DNA of 64,000 nt, from contig CAKKNE010000006.1 in assembly GCA_918797485.1 (NCBI GenBank), forward strand, positions 1,116,001 to 1,180,000, written 5' to 3'. The notes below the pieces were generated by a model. That model was not told where the DNA came from. It saw nothing but the letters and a program-made list of their open reading frames with translations, and ran no database searches. The translations under genes were made by a program, and so were the position numbers. Position 1 is the first letter of the stretch. Every line of letters begins with the position of its first letter. This stretch comes from Pelagomonas calceolata. Taxonomy: Eukaryota. Below are positions 33,018 through 42,949 of the stretch, piece after piece.

Positions 33018-34526
33018 ATGCGTACGCGCAGCGGCCGGCAGGCCAGCAATGACGCCGTGGCGCGCGCCCTCGGCGGCGCGCGCTGGGTGGCCCTGGGCGC
33101 GCTATTATCCAAAATCGCGTCCGTGGCCTGCACGCAAATAGTACTAAGATTGGCGCCCGTCGAGGTCCTCGGCGTCGCGGCGGCGCGGCTCGAGCTCGTC
33201 ATGAACGGGCTCCTCTGCGTCACGCGCGACGGCGCGCGCCTCGCGCTGACGCGGTGCACGACGTGCGCCGAAAAGACCGCGCGGACCCTCGCCTGGGCCT
33301 CTGCATTAATGGGCTGCGCCGTCGCGCTCGCGTGTGCGGCCGTCGCCCACTTTGGTGTGGATGCCACGGCCCCCTACCGCGCGCGCGACGCCCTGACCCT
33401 CTACTGCCTCGCGGCGGCGGTCGACGCGGGCTCGGAGCCGCTCGAAGCGTTGGCGCGGCACCACGTCCTCACCGCGCCAAGAGCTGTGGCGGAGCCCGCG
33501 GCGGCGCTGGCGCGGGGCGCCGTCGCCGCGTTGCTCCTCTGGGCCCGGCCGGACCTCGAGGCGGCAGCTTTAGGCTGGGCCCAGGTCGCCGCGGCCGCCG
33601 CCGCCGGCCTCGCGCGCGTCGTCAGCTGGCCCCGCGACCTGCCGGCGCGGCCGGCCCTGCACTTGTATGATCTCGACGCGGCGCTGGTCAAGGATACATG
33701 GCGCTTCGCGGGCCAGGCGGCCGTCAAGCACGTCGCGACGGAGGCGGACCGATTGGCCATCGCGCTCCTCGCGACGCCCTACGAGGCCGGCTTGTACGCC
33801 TTCGCGACGCACTACGGGTCCATCATCGCGCGCCTCGTGCTGGCGCCCGGCGAGGACGCGTGTCGCTTGGCGCTGGCCAAGTGCGCGTCGCACGACCGCG
33901 CGGCACGGATCGGCGGCCTCTTCGCGAAGGGGTCGCTCTACGTCGGCCTCGTCTGCGCCGCGGTCGGCGCGCCCTTCGGCGCCGCGGCCGCCCGGATCCT
34001 CAAAGGGAACGCACCGGACGCCGACGTCGCGGCGTGCGGCGCGGCCCTCGCCTACTTCTGCCTCCAGGTGCCCTTCCTCAGCCTCAATGGCGTCTGCGAG
34101 GCCTGCGCCCACGCGCGCGCCGACGCCCGGGCGCTCTCGTTGTTGTCCGGAGTTCACGTTGGCTGCGCTTTATTGTTCGCGTTGTGCGCCAGGCCGGCTT
34201 TGGCGACGACGGGCCCGCCGGGCCTCGTCGCGGCGGGCGGCGCGGTCATGGCGCTCCGAGCGCTCGTCGCATTGTATTTGGCGCGGGCGCGCGCGTTTCC
34301 CAAGCACGGCGGCGCGTTCGTGAAGGCGGCCGCGCCCGACGCCGTGGCTGTATTCGTCTTCTTGGGTGCGGGCGCCGCCGCGCGGCGGTCGGCGTCAGTC
34401 GCGTCCCTGGCGACGCACGTCGCGGCGACGGCTGTGCTCGGGGTGCTGTGCCTCGCGGCGATTTTTGTTCGGGACCGCGCGTTCGTGACTTCGCTGCTGG
34501 GGTCGCGTCGCGCGAAGGAGGAGTGA
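33018..34526 (+). CDS. RFT1: RFT1-like Man5GlcNAc2-PP-dolichol translocation protein
   Basis: Multi-TM protein with KHVATEADR, GLYAFATHYGSIIARLVLAPGEDACR and FLSLNGVCEA, matching RFT1 motifs. Confidence 0.8.
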   Translation: MRTRSGRQASNDAVARALGGARWVALGALLSKIASVACTQIVLRLAPVEVLGVAAARLELVMNGLLCVTRDGARLALTRCTTCAEKTARTLAWASALMGCAVALACAAVAHFGVDATAPYRARDALTLYCLAAAVDAGSEPLEALARHHVLTAPRAVAEPAAALARGAVAALLLWARPDLEAAALGWAQVAAAAAAGLARVVSWPRDLPARPALHLYDLDAALVKDTWRFAGQAAVKHVATEADRLAIALLATPYEAGLYAFATHYGSIIARLVLAPGEDACRLALAKCASHDRAARIGGLFAKGSLYVGLVCAAVGAPFGAAAARILKGNAPDADVAACGAALAYFCLQVPFLSLNGVCEACAHARADARALSLLSGVHVGCALLFALCARPALATTGPPGLVAAGGAVMALRALVALYLARARAFPKHGGAFVKAAAPDAVAVFVFLGAGAAARRSASVASLATHVAATAVLGVLCLAAIFVRDRAFVTSLLGSRRAKEE

Positions 34527-34618
34527 GGTCGTCCTTATTTTGTCGTAATGTCGTGTTCTGTGTTTTATTGGTGTTGTTACGGTGCTAGGACTGGGGGCGT
34601 ATATCTGTTCCTTGTTTT

Positions 34619-34638
34619 CTAGTGTCTTACACCGCTAG
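34619..34638 (+). promoter_or_regulatory. Recurrent intergenic motif CTAGTGTCTTACACCGCTAG
   Basis: Consensus match about 170 bp upstream of ATG 34806. Confidence 0.6.
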
Positions 34639-34805
34639 GTAGCTGGCCAAAGCCAAAGCAGGGTTTCAAAAGAGGCTTTTCACCGCTCCTGTGCAAGAGA
34701 AAAGCTCTGCTGCAGCGCTACTGGACGCGTTCCTTCCTCGCGAGCACCGCTGCGCAAAAGCACGCACAAATAAGGCAGCGTCTAAACCAGTCAAAGCAGT
34801 CAAAG

Positions 34806-36386
34806 ATGCTGGCGCCGCGCAAGACCCTCTGGTCGACGCCCGGCGTCGGCGTCGAAGCGGCCTGTCAGCTCTTGCGCCTGGGCGCCCAGGACAAAGTCAT
34901 TGACGTCGGCTGCGGCGACGGCCGCTTCCTCCTCGAGGCGGCCAAGCGCGGCGCGAGCGCAGTTGGATTAGAAATAGACGCCGAACGCGCAGAAGCGGCG
35001 AGGGCGAATGGGTGTGTTGATGTACGCACGTGCAACGCGCTGGACGAGGCGGAGTGGAGCAAAGCCTTCGACGACGGCGTGACGTGCGCGTTTTTGTACC
35101 TCGTGCCGCGCGGGCTGCGCCTCGTGGCACCTAGATTGATCGAACGATCAAAAACAAAACCGATCCGCGTCGTCACGTACATGGCGCCACTGCCCGGCGC
35201 GAAATATGTCGAGAAGACGACGGTGACGCCGGCGCACCAGCCGTCGGCGGCGTGGCCCTTATATGCGTATGATCTCGGCGTGGCAACGGTGAAGGTGTGT
35301 GTCGTCGGACGGGACGCTTCGTTAGTGGTGGGGGCCATCGCGCGATACCATCTCTTACAAGAGGACGACAAAGCGCCTCAACCTGTAGACGAGGCCGTGG
35401 TGCGCTTCCCGCGCACGCGTTATGGTGTTATGAACGTTTCGTTGCATACGAGTGGAGAGGGGCCCTTCGCCGGCTATATTGTCCTGGCGTCGGAGCGGTG
35501 GAAGGACTACGTGACGGCCGCGCATACAAGTGATGCGCCTTTGCGCTTGCTGGCCGACGCCGGCGCCTTCAACGCGGACCACGCGCGCTGCGCCGTCCAA
35601 GTCGATTTTGAATACGTCCACGGCGTCGACGTGTCGCGGCCGAAAAAAGGCTGCGACGAGCGGGACAAGGACGGCCTCCCGCGCATCGTCGAGGCGCTGC
35701 GCGAGGCGGACTGGGCGTCGACGACGCCGGTTGAAGCAGAAGAGCCGGCGGGGCCGCACGTGGCCGTCCTGGGCCCGGACGCGCTGCCGCTCTACCGGGC
35801 GCTGTGCCTGAAGTTAAGTGCGGCGCCCGTCGACGACGTACACACCTGCACGCTCTCTACGAAATACTACGAGACGCCGCTGACGCTCTCCCTTGCCTCA
35901 ACTCCTGAGACCGAAGCTTTGGTCTACTGCGGCCCGCCTTCCTCCGAGGCCGCGGCGCTCTTCGCCAACAACTTAAAAACGCGGCTCCTCGTCGTCCAGG
36001 GCTACGACACGGCCGCGCGCGAGTGGTGCGCGGCGCGCGGCGTCGAACTGGTTTCCGAGGCGCCGGCGGCCGCGGCCGCGCGCTGCCGCGGCGCCCTCGA
36101 GGCGACGCTCTGGTCGACGGTGGCGCCGCCAGAGCCGGCGGCGGCGCGGGTGTCCCGCGAGTTATCCGACCACCTGGTGAACGCCAGTGACTCGCCGCCG
36201 CCGCCGCCGCCGCCGCCCGGGGGCTCCGGCGTCGACGCCTTCGAGGCGGCCGTCGACGCCGCGCGCGCGACTTGCGCCGAGAGCCTGTCCGACGAGGCGC
36301 GCCGGGAGCGGGCCGCGGACGTCGCGACGAAGCTGCTCGGCGCGTTGGGGGTTGGGGACGAGTCCGACAGTGATAGCGTAACGTGA
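34806..36386 (+). CDS. Class I SAM methyltransferase fused to AAGAB/p34 (Irc6)-like adaptin-binding region
   Basis: VIDVGCGDGRFL, GLEID, FLYL (methyltransferase); then DGLPRIVEALREADW, STKYY, ALEATLW and LSDEARRERAADVA (p34-like). Confidence 0.65.
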   Translation: MLAPRKTLWSTPGVGVEAACQLLRLGAQDKVIDVGCGDGRFLLEAAKRGASAVGLEIDAERAEAARANGCVDVRTCNALDEAEWSKAFDDGVTCAFLYLVPRGLRLVAPRLIERSKTKPIRVVTYMAPLPGAKYVEKTTVTPAHQPSAAWPLYAYDLGVATVKVCVVGRDASLVVGAIARYHLLQEDDKAPQPVDEAVVRFPRTRYGVMNVSLHTSGEGPFAGYIVLASERWKDYVTAAHTSDAPLRLLADAGAFNADHARCAVQVDFEYVHGVDVSRPKKGCDERDKDGLPRIVEALREADWASTTPVEAEEPAGPHVAVLGPDALPLYRALCLKLSAAPVDDVHTCTLSTKYYETPLTLSLASTPETEALVYCGPPSSEAAALFANNLKTRLLVVQGYDTAAREWCAARGVELVSEAPAAAAARCRGALEATLWSTVAPPEPAAARVSRELSDHLVNASDSPPPPPPPPGGSGVDAFEAAVDAARATCAESLSDEARRERAADVATKLLGALGVGDESDSDSVT

Positions 36387-36494
36387 AAGAGCTGTACATC
36401 GGAGGGGCGCGCGGGCGGGAAGAGGGGTCGGGAAAGGGAAGAGCTTCGTGGAACCCGCTCTCTTGGGCGAGCGGGGCCGGTGGAGATCGCGCAA

Positions 36495-37115
36495 TCAGAG
36501 CTTCTGGATCTTCCACTTCTGCTGACGGGACTTGATGCACTTCTGCCCCGTGATCGACGATTCTTTGCGGAGGGCCGTGGCGTCGACGCACAGGTCGCCC
36601 TTCAGCGACGCCATCTTGAGGTTCGAGTCCATGCCCTTATACCACATGATGTCCTGTTCGGGGTCGTTCCAGTCACACGTCTTGAGCACGACGCGCTTGT
36701 TGGCCGAATCGGGATAGGCACCCCAGTTCGAGGCGCAGAGGTTCTTGTACATGATGCGCGCTTTATCGTTCTTGACCTCGTACGTGAATTCCTGGCCCTG
36801 GGTGTTGCCCTCGCCCATGCACGTGTATAGGACGAGAGGGGACCCCGCGGCGTACTTCTTGTGGTTGTGGACGCCCAGGCACCACTGCGGACTATAGGCG
36901 AGCTTGAACTGAACTTTTTCGGGGCTGACCGTCGCGAGGTTGTAGGCCTTGGAGGCGACGGACGGCGCGGCGCTGCCGACGACCGCGGAGAGGAGGCAGA
37001 TGGCGGCGACGGACGCGACCAGCTTGCCCTGCGGCTTGGGCTTGTCGTTGAGCGGCGACTCGACGGCGGCGGGGATCGTGGAGTAAGAGTTAGACATGCT
37101 TTTTGCCTGTGTCAT
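36495..37115 (-). CDS. Ricin-B (beta-trefoil) lectin with an N-terminal TM segment
   Basis: WCLGV...LYTC...QEF, LC...LKTC, LCVDA...QKC...QQKW repeats; hydrophobic LVASVAAICLLSAVV. Confidence 0.75.
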   Translation of the reverse strand: MTQAKSMSNSYSTIPAAVESPLNDKPKPQGKLVASVAAICLLSAVVGSAAPSVASKAYNLATVSPEKVQFKLAYSPQWCLGVHNHKKYAAGSPLVLYTCMGEGNTQGQEFTYEVKNDKARIMYKNLCASNWGAYPDSANKRVVLKTCDWNDPEQDIMWYKGMDSNLKMASLKGDLCVDATALRKESSITGQKCIKSRQQKWKIQKL

Positions 37116-38969
37116 CGAGGTCTCTTTCTCTCGCGCTCTTAGGGGTTTTGCCCCTTTTGAGCGTTTCTCCGTGTACGCAGCTTCGCCGGCGCACGAGTTA
37201 GTCTAGCGTTCGTGACCGCTTAAGTACTCACTCTCTCGGCGCCAGGTGCCGCGCGCAAAGAGTTTCGCGCTGTTCGAGTGAATTTGAAGGGCACGACTTG
37301 CGGGGGTCTTGACGCTACCTGTGAGTTGATTGCGAAGCGTGAGGAAAAATGTGCCAATGCTGGAGGCCGCTTACAAGTTCGAGAAAACCCGCGAAGCAGT
37401 CGTCCCCTCGCGTCGTCGAAGTCATATACTGGTCCTCGCGTTGAGGAGAAGGCTGGGCGGGGGCGACCGAAGAAGCACCCCTCGCGCTCCCCGAAGTCCC
37501 GCGGCTCGACTGGCCAATTCGTAGATCCGCCTCGAAGTAAATGAACCCCCAAATTCACAATTCATCATAGTCGGTCGCCGCGACCAAATGTTCCAGAGTA
37601 GCGGCCCGGGAAGATACCCTCGAGGCTCCCGGAAGACACCGCCCCACGGCGACATTCGCGGATGAGACTTACGGGTTGCCGAAATACACCAGCGATTGAC
37701 ACCGCCATCTACCGTCCAGATAGGACATTATATCAACTCCAGCCCTGTTTTCATACATAATCGACGGAACCGGAGCCGACGACCCGCGCTCGGAGGACGG
37801 GAGAAGAATTCTACTAGACAACTCCCGAGTTTATGTTCGTTTCCTTCCGTTTGTTAGTGTTAGAGTCCATTTAGGCCGAATAAGTGGCTACTGAGCTATT
37901 TTAGATTACCCTTCAAAGCCTCGCGAAACTGCGACTCGGCGCCCCCCAAGTTTATGCGAAGATGGATTCAGAACCCAGATCGGCGGGTATCAGCGACGCC
38001 TCTATCCAGATGGACCATAACGCAGTTGTTCTATTCACGATCGACCGACTTGCCCGTTCTCCGCGGGCGACGGTACGTAGACGGAGCCACGGAAAGGCCC
38101 CAGACCGGTGGTTTGTGAAATAAATTTGCATTTCAGGCGCTTTAGTAGTGGAACGGGCCAGATAACCGGCCTAAGCGTCTACTACATTTGATTTCCTATT
38201 GCCAAATGCTCCCGCGCCTTGGCCGACTTGCGACCCCACGATCTCGGTCAATCGGGGCTCAAGACCTGGACCTGCGACCATCAGCCCGTGTACCATCACC
38301 ATGGACCATGATGCGATCGTTTGTTCCATGACCGACCGACTTGTGCGAGCTCCAGATGCAGATGTTCACGTCCCGAGCGTGGGCAGCCCAAAGTACCCTT
38401 CTCGCCGTGTAGATGTCATATACTCGTAGTTGACTATCGCTGGGGTAGTATGGGGTCCGACGAGACCGCTACGGCGACTACTGGGGGCCTCGGGTAATTT
38501 ACGTTTTTTACGGGAACGGGGCGCCATCGGGTCCAAATTGTTTACTTTTTTTGGGGGCAGCTCGGCTCTCGGACGCCCTCCGGGATAGGTCTGGGGTCGG
38601 GTGGTCCCCTACGCCGCATACGCCGGTTCTTGGGGCTCTCCAGAGAGCTCTGAATCGAAAACCTTGGCATTTTGTACTATAAGAAACTTGCATGAGATGC
38701 ATCTTGGCAGATGTATCTGAAGCGAGAAGTGCCCGCGCATGCGGCGTAGGCGCTTGCACATGTACACTACGACCCTAGGCGCTCTCGGGGACACCTCAGG
38801 ACCACGAATCGACAGGATTCCACCGACGCGCCCGCCATGGTGGCGTCGTCAATTTCGCGAATTAAAAAAAATTAATTTTTTCGCCCCCCAGTACGTGTCC
38901 CATTGATCTCTTTGGACCAGTAGCGAACTGAAGGATACTCAAACGACTACAGAACATGTTGCCGGGTTG

Positions 38970-38991
38970 CTAGTGGCTTACATGCCGCTAG
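38970..38991 (+). promoter_or_regulatory. Recurrent intergenic motif CTAGTGGCTTACATGCCGCTAG
   Basis: One mismatch to consensus; upstream of the gene at 39257. Confidence 0.55.
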
Positions 38992-39256
38992 CTGGACAAA
39001 TTAGGCTCCCAACGTTTTGGCCCGCCACTCGCGTCAGACGATACGACGACAGCCTATTGATACCGCGAATCGCTGCCTTCACTTCGTCTAGCTGCGCTAC
39101 AGCGAAAGCCATCGTCTACACGGTTCCGTTCAGCGGCCAGCTAACGCGTTCAAAATATATTCTTTTGAGGAGGATTCAGCGTGTGTGGAGTCTCACGACC
39201 AAGTAGCCGCGAAAAGAAGCCTGTCTCTACCGTCTCCAGCCGCACGAACCAAAGCC

Positions 39257-40448
39257 ATGGGTCTCCGACGCGCGCTCAGCCGCTGCTGGGCCCTCGCATG
39301 CCTCGCCAGCGGCTGGCAACGCGTCCCGAGACCATTCCACCGCGCCACGCCGCTCCGCGCCGCCTTCCACGCCGAGGGCGACTTGAGCGGCGCCTTCCAG
39401 CTCTCCGGCGTCTGGAAGCTAGAACGACAGAGCGACGACGCCGTGGAACAAGTGCCGATCCAGCCCACAAATCCTTCGTGGTCCGGCGACCGCTGGTCTG
39501 ACGTTGTAAGAGAACTCGCGCGGAAGCAGCGCCAGCAGGAGCTTTTACAACTGGACGCGGCGGGCGGCTGGCGGAGCCCGCCGGGCGCTTCGGTCGAGCT
39601 CCGTGGGAAATGGAGCATGGATGGGAACGCGGAAGTGACATTGGCGCGCTTCGGGCGGCACGGCAACCACGTCACGGACTGTGTGGAAATCAACCAGTGC
39701 GTCGGGTGCATCCGACAATTCTTCACTAAGTCATTTCTCGGCGATGACGCGGCCGTCCTGGCTCGGTCGCGCGGTGAGGAACCGGCACCGCCACGCCATC
39801 GAGCAGGCGTCGCGTCGATGGCGTGGAGGACGATGCGACGATTCAGGACGAACGCGCCGTGAACTCTTGATTTATGCACAGGTCACGGAGACGTGGACGG
39901 GCCAGTACGACTCGTCGGCGAATAGAGTGGAGGGCGTCGTCCTCGAGGGCGCGTCGGAGCCGGAATATGCTGGTAGGTTCTCATTAACCCCGGCCTTTCC
40001 CTCTTTGCAACCGGTCGTCAAGAACAACATCCTGCGGAAGAACGAGACGCAGTGGCGCGTCGCGGATGTGGCCGGCGAATATACCCTCGAATTCCAGGGC
40101 GACGGCTCGATCTCGGCCTACGACATACGATTGCTGCCGAACCGGACGTGGACCTCGGTCGGGCTGTCGGCGACTCTAGCAGGTTCCTGGAACGTCTTCG
40201 ACAGTGACGTCAATCTGGCGTCGGGCATCGACGGCACGGGGCCTAGATTATGGCTCTGGCTGCGGCGCTTCGGCCAAACGTCGTCGTCGGGCGTGCACCT
40301 GTCCCAGGACCGGCTGTACCTCGGCCGAATTACGGGCGCCGCCGGCGACGCCTCGAAAATCCGACGGGTCAAGGGCCAGGTCGCCGTCGGCTGGTCGACG
40401 GAGCCAGCCTTCATCGGGTCCTTCCGCCTCGTCCCGCGCCACCAGTGA
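39257..40448 (+). CDS. Hypothetical protein with signal peptide (+1 Trp, possibly plastid); exons 39257-39670 and 39882-40448 (326 aa)
   Basis: Splicing 39671-39881 gives GNHVTETWTGQY; two internally similar beta-rich halves (G..EPEYAGRF and G..EPAFIGSF). Confidence 0.7.
39679..39881. mobile_element. Introner element, family A (intron 39671-39881)
   Basis: TIRs CTGTGTGGAAATCAA / TTGATTTATGCACAG; perfect TSD GTCACGGA at 39671-39678 and 39882-39889. Confidence 0.92.
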
Positions 40449-40483
40449 CTCCCTCTTTTGTAAGTACGTTCAAAATACAGTTA

Positions 40484-41572
40484 CTATACATGGCGCTTGA
40501 GTTTCGATGCGAGGATGCCGTCGATATCGTCCGACTCGGAGTCGGACGACGCGTCGGGCGACGCCGCATCCCCAAATGCCTGGCGCCGCGCGAGGCGCAG
40601 CCGCGCCCGCGCGCGCGCGCGGTCGTCCAGCGCCGGCGCTGCTCGATCTTCCTGCAGCGCGCAGTCGCCCCGCTCGTCAATCTGCTTCGCGGCGACGCCG
40701 CGGCCGCACTCCTCGACCACCACGTTCTCGAGGATAATCGCCGCCTTCGAATTGATTCCGAGGCCGCAGAGCTGGATCGTGGACCCCCGCGCGTGGAGCG
40801 AGGCCCCCTCGTTCACGACGATACCGATTTTGGCGTGTTCCACCACGGAATCGTCGAGCAGGCACGCCCCGGCGACGGTCAGGGCGACGCCCGCCTCGTG
40901 CGCGAAGACGCACCTCCGGCACTCGACGGCCGCGTCGGGGGCCACGCGGACGCCGGCCGTCGTATCGATGCGGTCGAGGCGCACGCCTTTCGCATGAATT
41001 TCGATGCCCTCGACCGTGGCCAAGGCGTTGTCGCCCGCCAGGGCCAGCGCCCGCTTGATGACGAGCTTTTCCTCGTAGCGGCCGGGCGCGACGAGGACGA
41101 GCGCGCACGACGCGTCGCTCACCGCGGCCCGCAGCGTCGGCGCGTCGCGCGGCACGAGCAGCGTCGGTATCCGCTTCTCGGCTCTCCGAAGTATCGCCGC
41201 AGCCGCCTTGCCCACGCGTTTCGCGTCGGCAATGCATCCCTCAAAATCGCGGCGGCACAGCCGCGCCCTCGCGCGCCGCAGCAGCGCCTTCTTCGTCGTC
41301 GCCTCGGGCGCATCGTCCACTGCCAGGGCGGCGTCGCAGGCCTTCTCCGCCTCCGTGGGCCGCCCTACCCTCAGAAACGCCTCCGCGAGGTTCGCGTGCA
41401 GCGTCGCCGCGTCGCAGCCGTGCGCGAGGCAGCCCGTCCAGATTTTGATGGCGTCTTCATATTCTCCTTGCTGGAATTTGTGTTTCGCTGCTTGCCGCTC
41501 GGCCGCGTAATTCGCGCCGCCGTCAGTTTGTGGTGTGGCAGCCTCCTCAGCAGCAGTGGCCTGTGCAGCCAT
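40484..41572 (-). CDS. TPR + right-handed beta-helix protein
   Basis: FQQGEYEDAI...LHANLAEAFL...KALLRRARA (TPR); TLRAAV...LVAPGRYEEKLVI followed by beta-helix repeats. Confidence 0.7.
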   Translation of the reverse strand: MAAQATAAEEAATPQTDGGANYAAERQAAKHKFQQGEYEDAIKIWTGCLAHGCDAATLHANLAEAFLRVGRPTEAEKACDAALAVDDAPEATTKKALLRRARARLCRRDFEGCIADAKRVGKAAAAILRRAEKRIPTLLVPRDAPTLRAAVSDASCALVLVAPGRYEEKLVIKRALALAGDNALATVEGIEIHAKGVRLDRIDTTAGVRVAPDAAVECRRCVFAHEAGVALTVAGACLLDDSVVEHAKIGIVVNEGASLHARGSTIQLCGLGINSKAAIILENVVVEECGRGVAAKQIDERGDCALQEDRAAPALDDRARARARLRLARRQAFGDAASPDASSDSESDDIDGILASKLKRHV

Positions 41573-41708
41573 CGCGGGCCTTTATTTGTCGTAACCACTC
41601 GCGGGACTCATGAAATGATTATTTTATCACCCCTTCGTCCAATTTTTGTGATCCCTATGGGGCTCCGTGCTGCTGTGGGTGAAAAATGGACGTACGAGAC
41701 ACAGCTAG

Positions 41709-41729
41709 CTAGCGGCTGTAAGACACTAG
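41709..41729 (-). promoter_or_regulatory. Recurrent intergenic motif CTAGTGTCTTACAGCCGCTAG
   Basis: Consensus match between divergent genes. Confidence 0.6.
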
Positions 41730-42012
41730 CAAGCATTTGTCCGGCGCCCCGGCGGGCGTCCTTACGAGCATAGCGAGGCGACTGAGCAAATTTTGTGACC
41801 TTCTTGCGGCGGTGGAGATCGCGCGTGGCGTCTGCCGCCCAGGACGCTCAGGAAATCTTTGAGTTTGGGGTTTTCGATTGAAACCCAAGCCGGCCCGGCG
41901 CGGCGCGTTTCAGGTAGACCACCCGGCGCGCGAGGCCGCCGCCGGCTAGAGAAGTCGACGCGTCACCAAGCTGGCGACGATCCCGCGCGCGCGGGCCGTC
42001 TCGCTCCTCGAC

Positions 42013-42819
42013 ATGCCGCGGGCCCCGGGCCCGCTCCCGCCGTGGGCGCGCGAAATCGTGGCCGCGCTGAGATTTCTCGGACAACATCTCGCGCGCCTGA
42101 GGCACCAGCTCGGCCGCCAGCTCGCCAAGGTCGCGCGCCGCGGCCCGAAGACGCTCGCCCTCGGCGCGCCGCCGCCCGAGAACGTGTCTCGCGCGCCCGA
42201 GGGTCCTCCGCTCTTCCCGCCGCTCGACGCGGAGCCGCCCGCGGAGGGGTTCTTCACGTCTTTCGACCTGCTCCTCCTCGCCGGCGCCTTGGCCGTCGTG
42301 GCGTTCGTCGCCTGGCAGAGCTACAAGCGGCGGCCCGAGGCCGTCGTCCGCTCCGTGACGCCGCCGCTCACGCCCGAGGACAAGGGTCCGACCGAGCCTC
42401 GGACACTCCCGAGCCGCTTCCGCGCCGTACTTCGCGGCGCGCAGTCGCCGGAATTCGCCTCGCCCCAGTCCTTCGAGGAGCGCCGGTCGCGCCAGCCGCC
42501 GGCGCGCCGCCGCTCGCGGTCGCGGCCGCCGAAGCCCGGCTCGCCGCGGGGCGCGCCCGGCACGGCCGCGTCGCCGCAGAAACCGACGCGGCCGGCGCCG
42601 CCGCGCGAGGCCCGGACCGCCTTCGTCTACTTCGGCCTCGAGCAACTCGACAAGATGAGGGCCGAGCACCCGGACTGGTCGCTGCGAAAAATAGGCGAGA
42701 CGTGCCAGCGGCGCTGGGATTTGCTCGGCGACGAGGCGAAGGCGCCGTACGTGGAACTAGCTCAGACCGACGCGAAGCGCTACAAGGCCGAGGCGGCGGC
42801 GTACCTCGCAAAAATGTAG
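42013..42819 (+). CDS. HMG-box protein with a predicted TM helix
   Basis: PREARTAFVYF...MRAEHPDW...IGETCQRRW...KAPYVELAQTDAKRYKAE; TM segment LLLLAGALAVVAFVAW. Confidence 0.75.
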   Translation: MPRAPGPLPPWAREIVAALRFLGQHLARLRHQLGRQLAKVARRGPKTLALGAPPPENVSRAPEGPPLFPPLDAEPPAEGFFTSFDLLLLAGALAVVAFVAWQSYKRRPEAVVRSVTPPLTPEDKGPTEPRTLPSRFRAVLRGAQSPEFASPQSFEERRSRQPPARRRSRSRPPKPGSPRGAPGTAASPQKPTRPAPPREARTAFVYFGLEQLDKMRAEHPDWSLRKIGETCQRRWDLLGDEAKAPYVELAQTDAKRYKAEAAAYLAKM

Positions 42820-42949
42820 GGAGGTGTGGCCCGCGGCGCGTAATCGTAGCCTCGCGATATGTATACAGGAGGCGGCAGGGACCGCATCGCGCCGATGGCG
42901 TGACGTACAGCGCGGAAAATTCCGGCTAGAAAAGTCGACTAAGCAAAAA

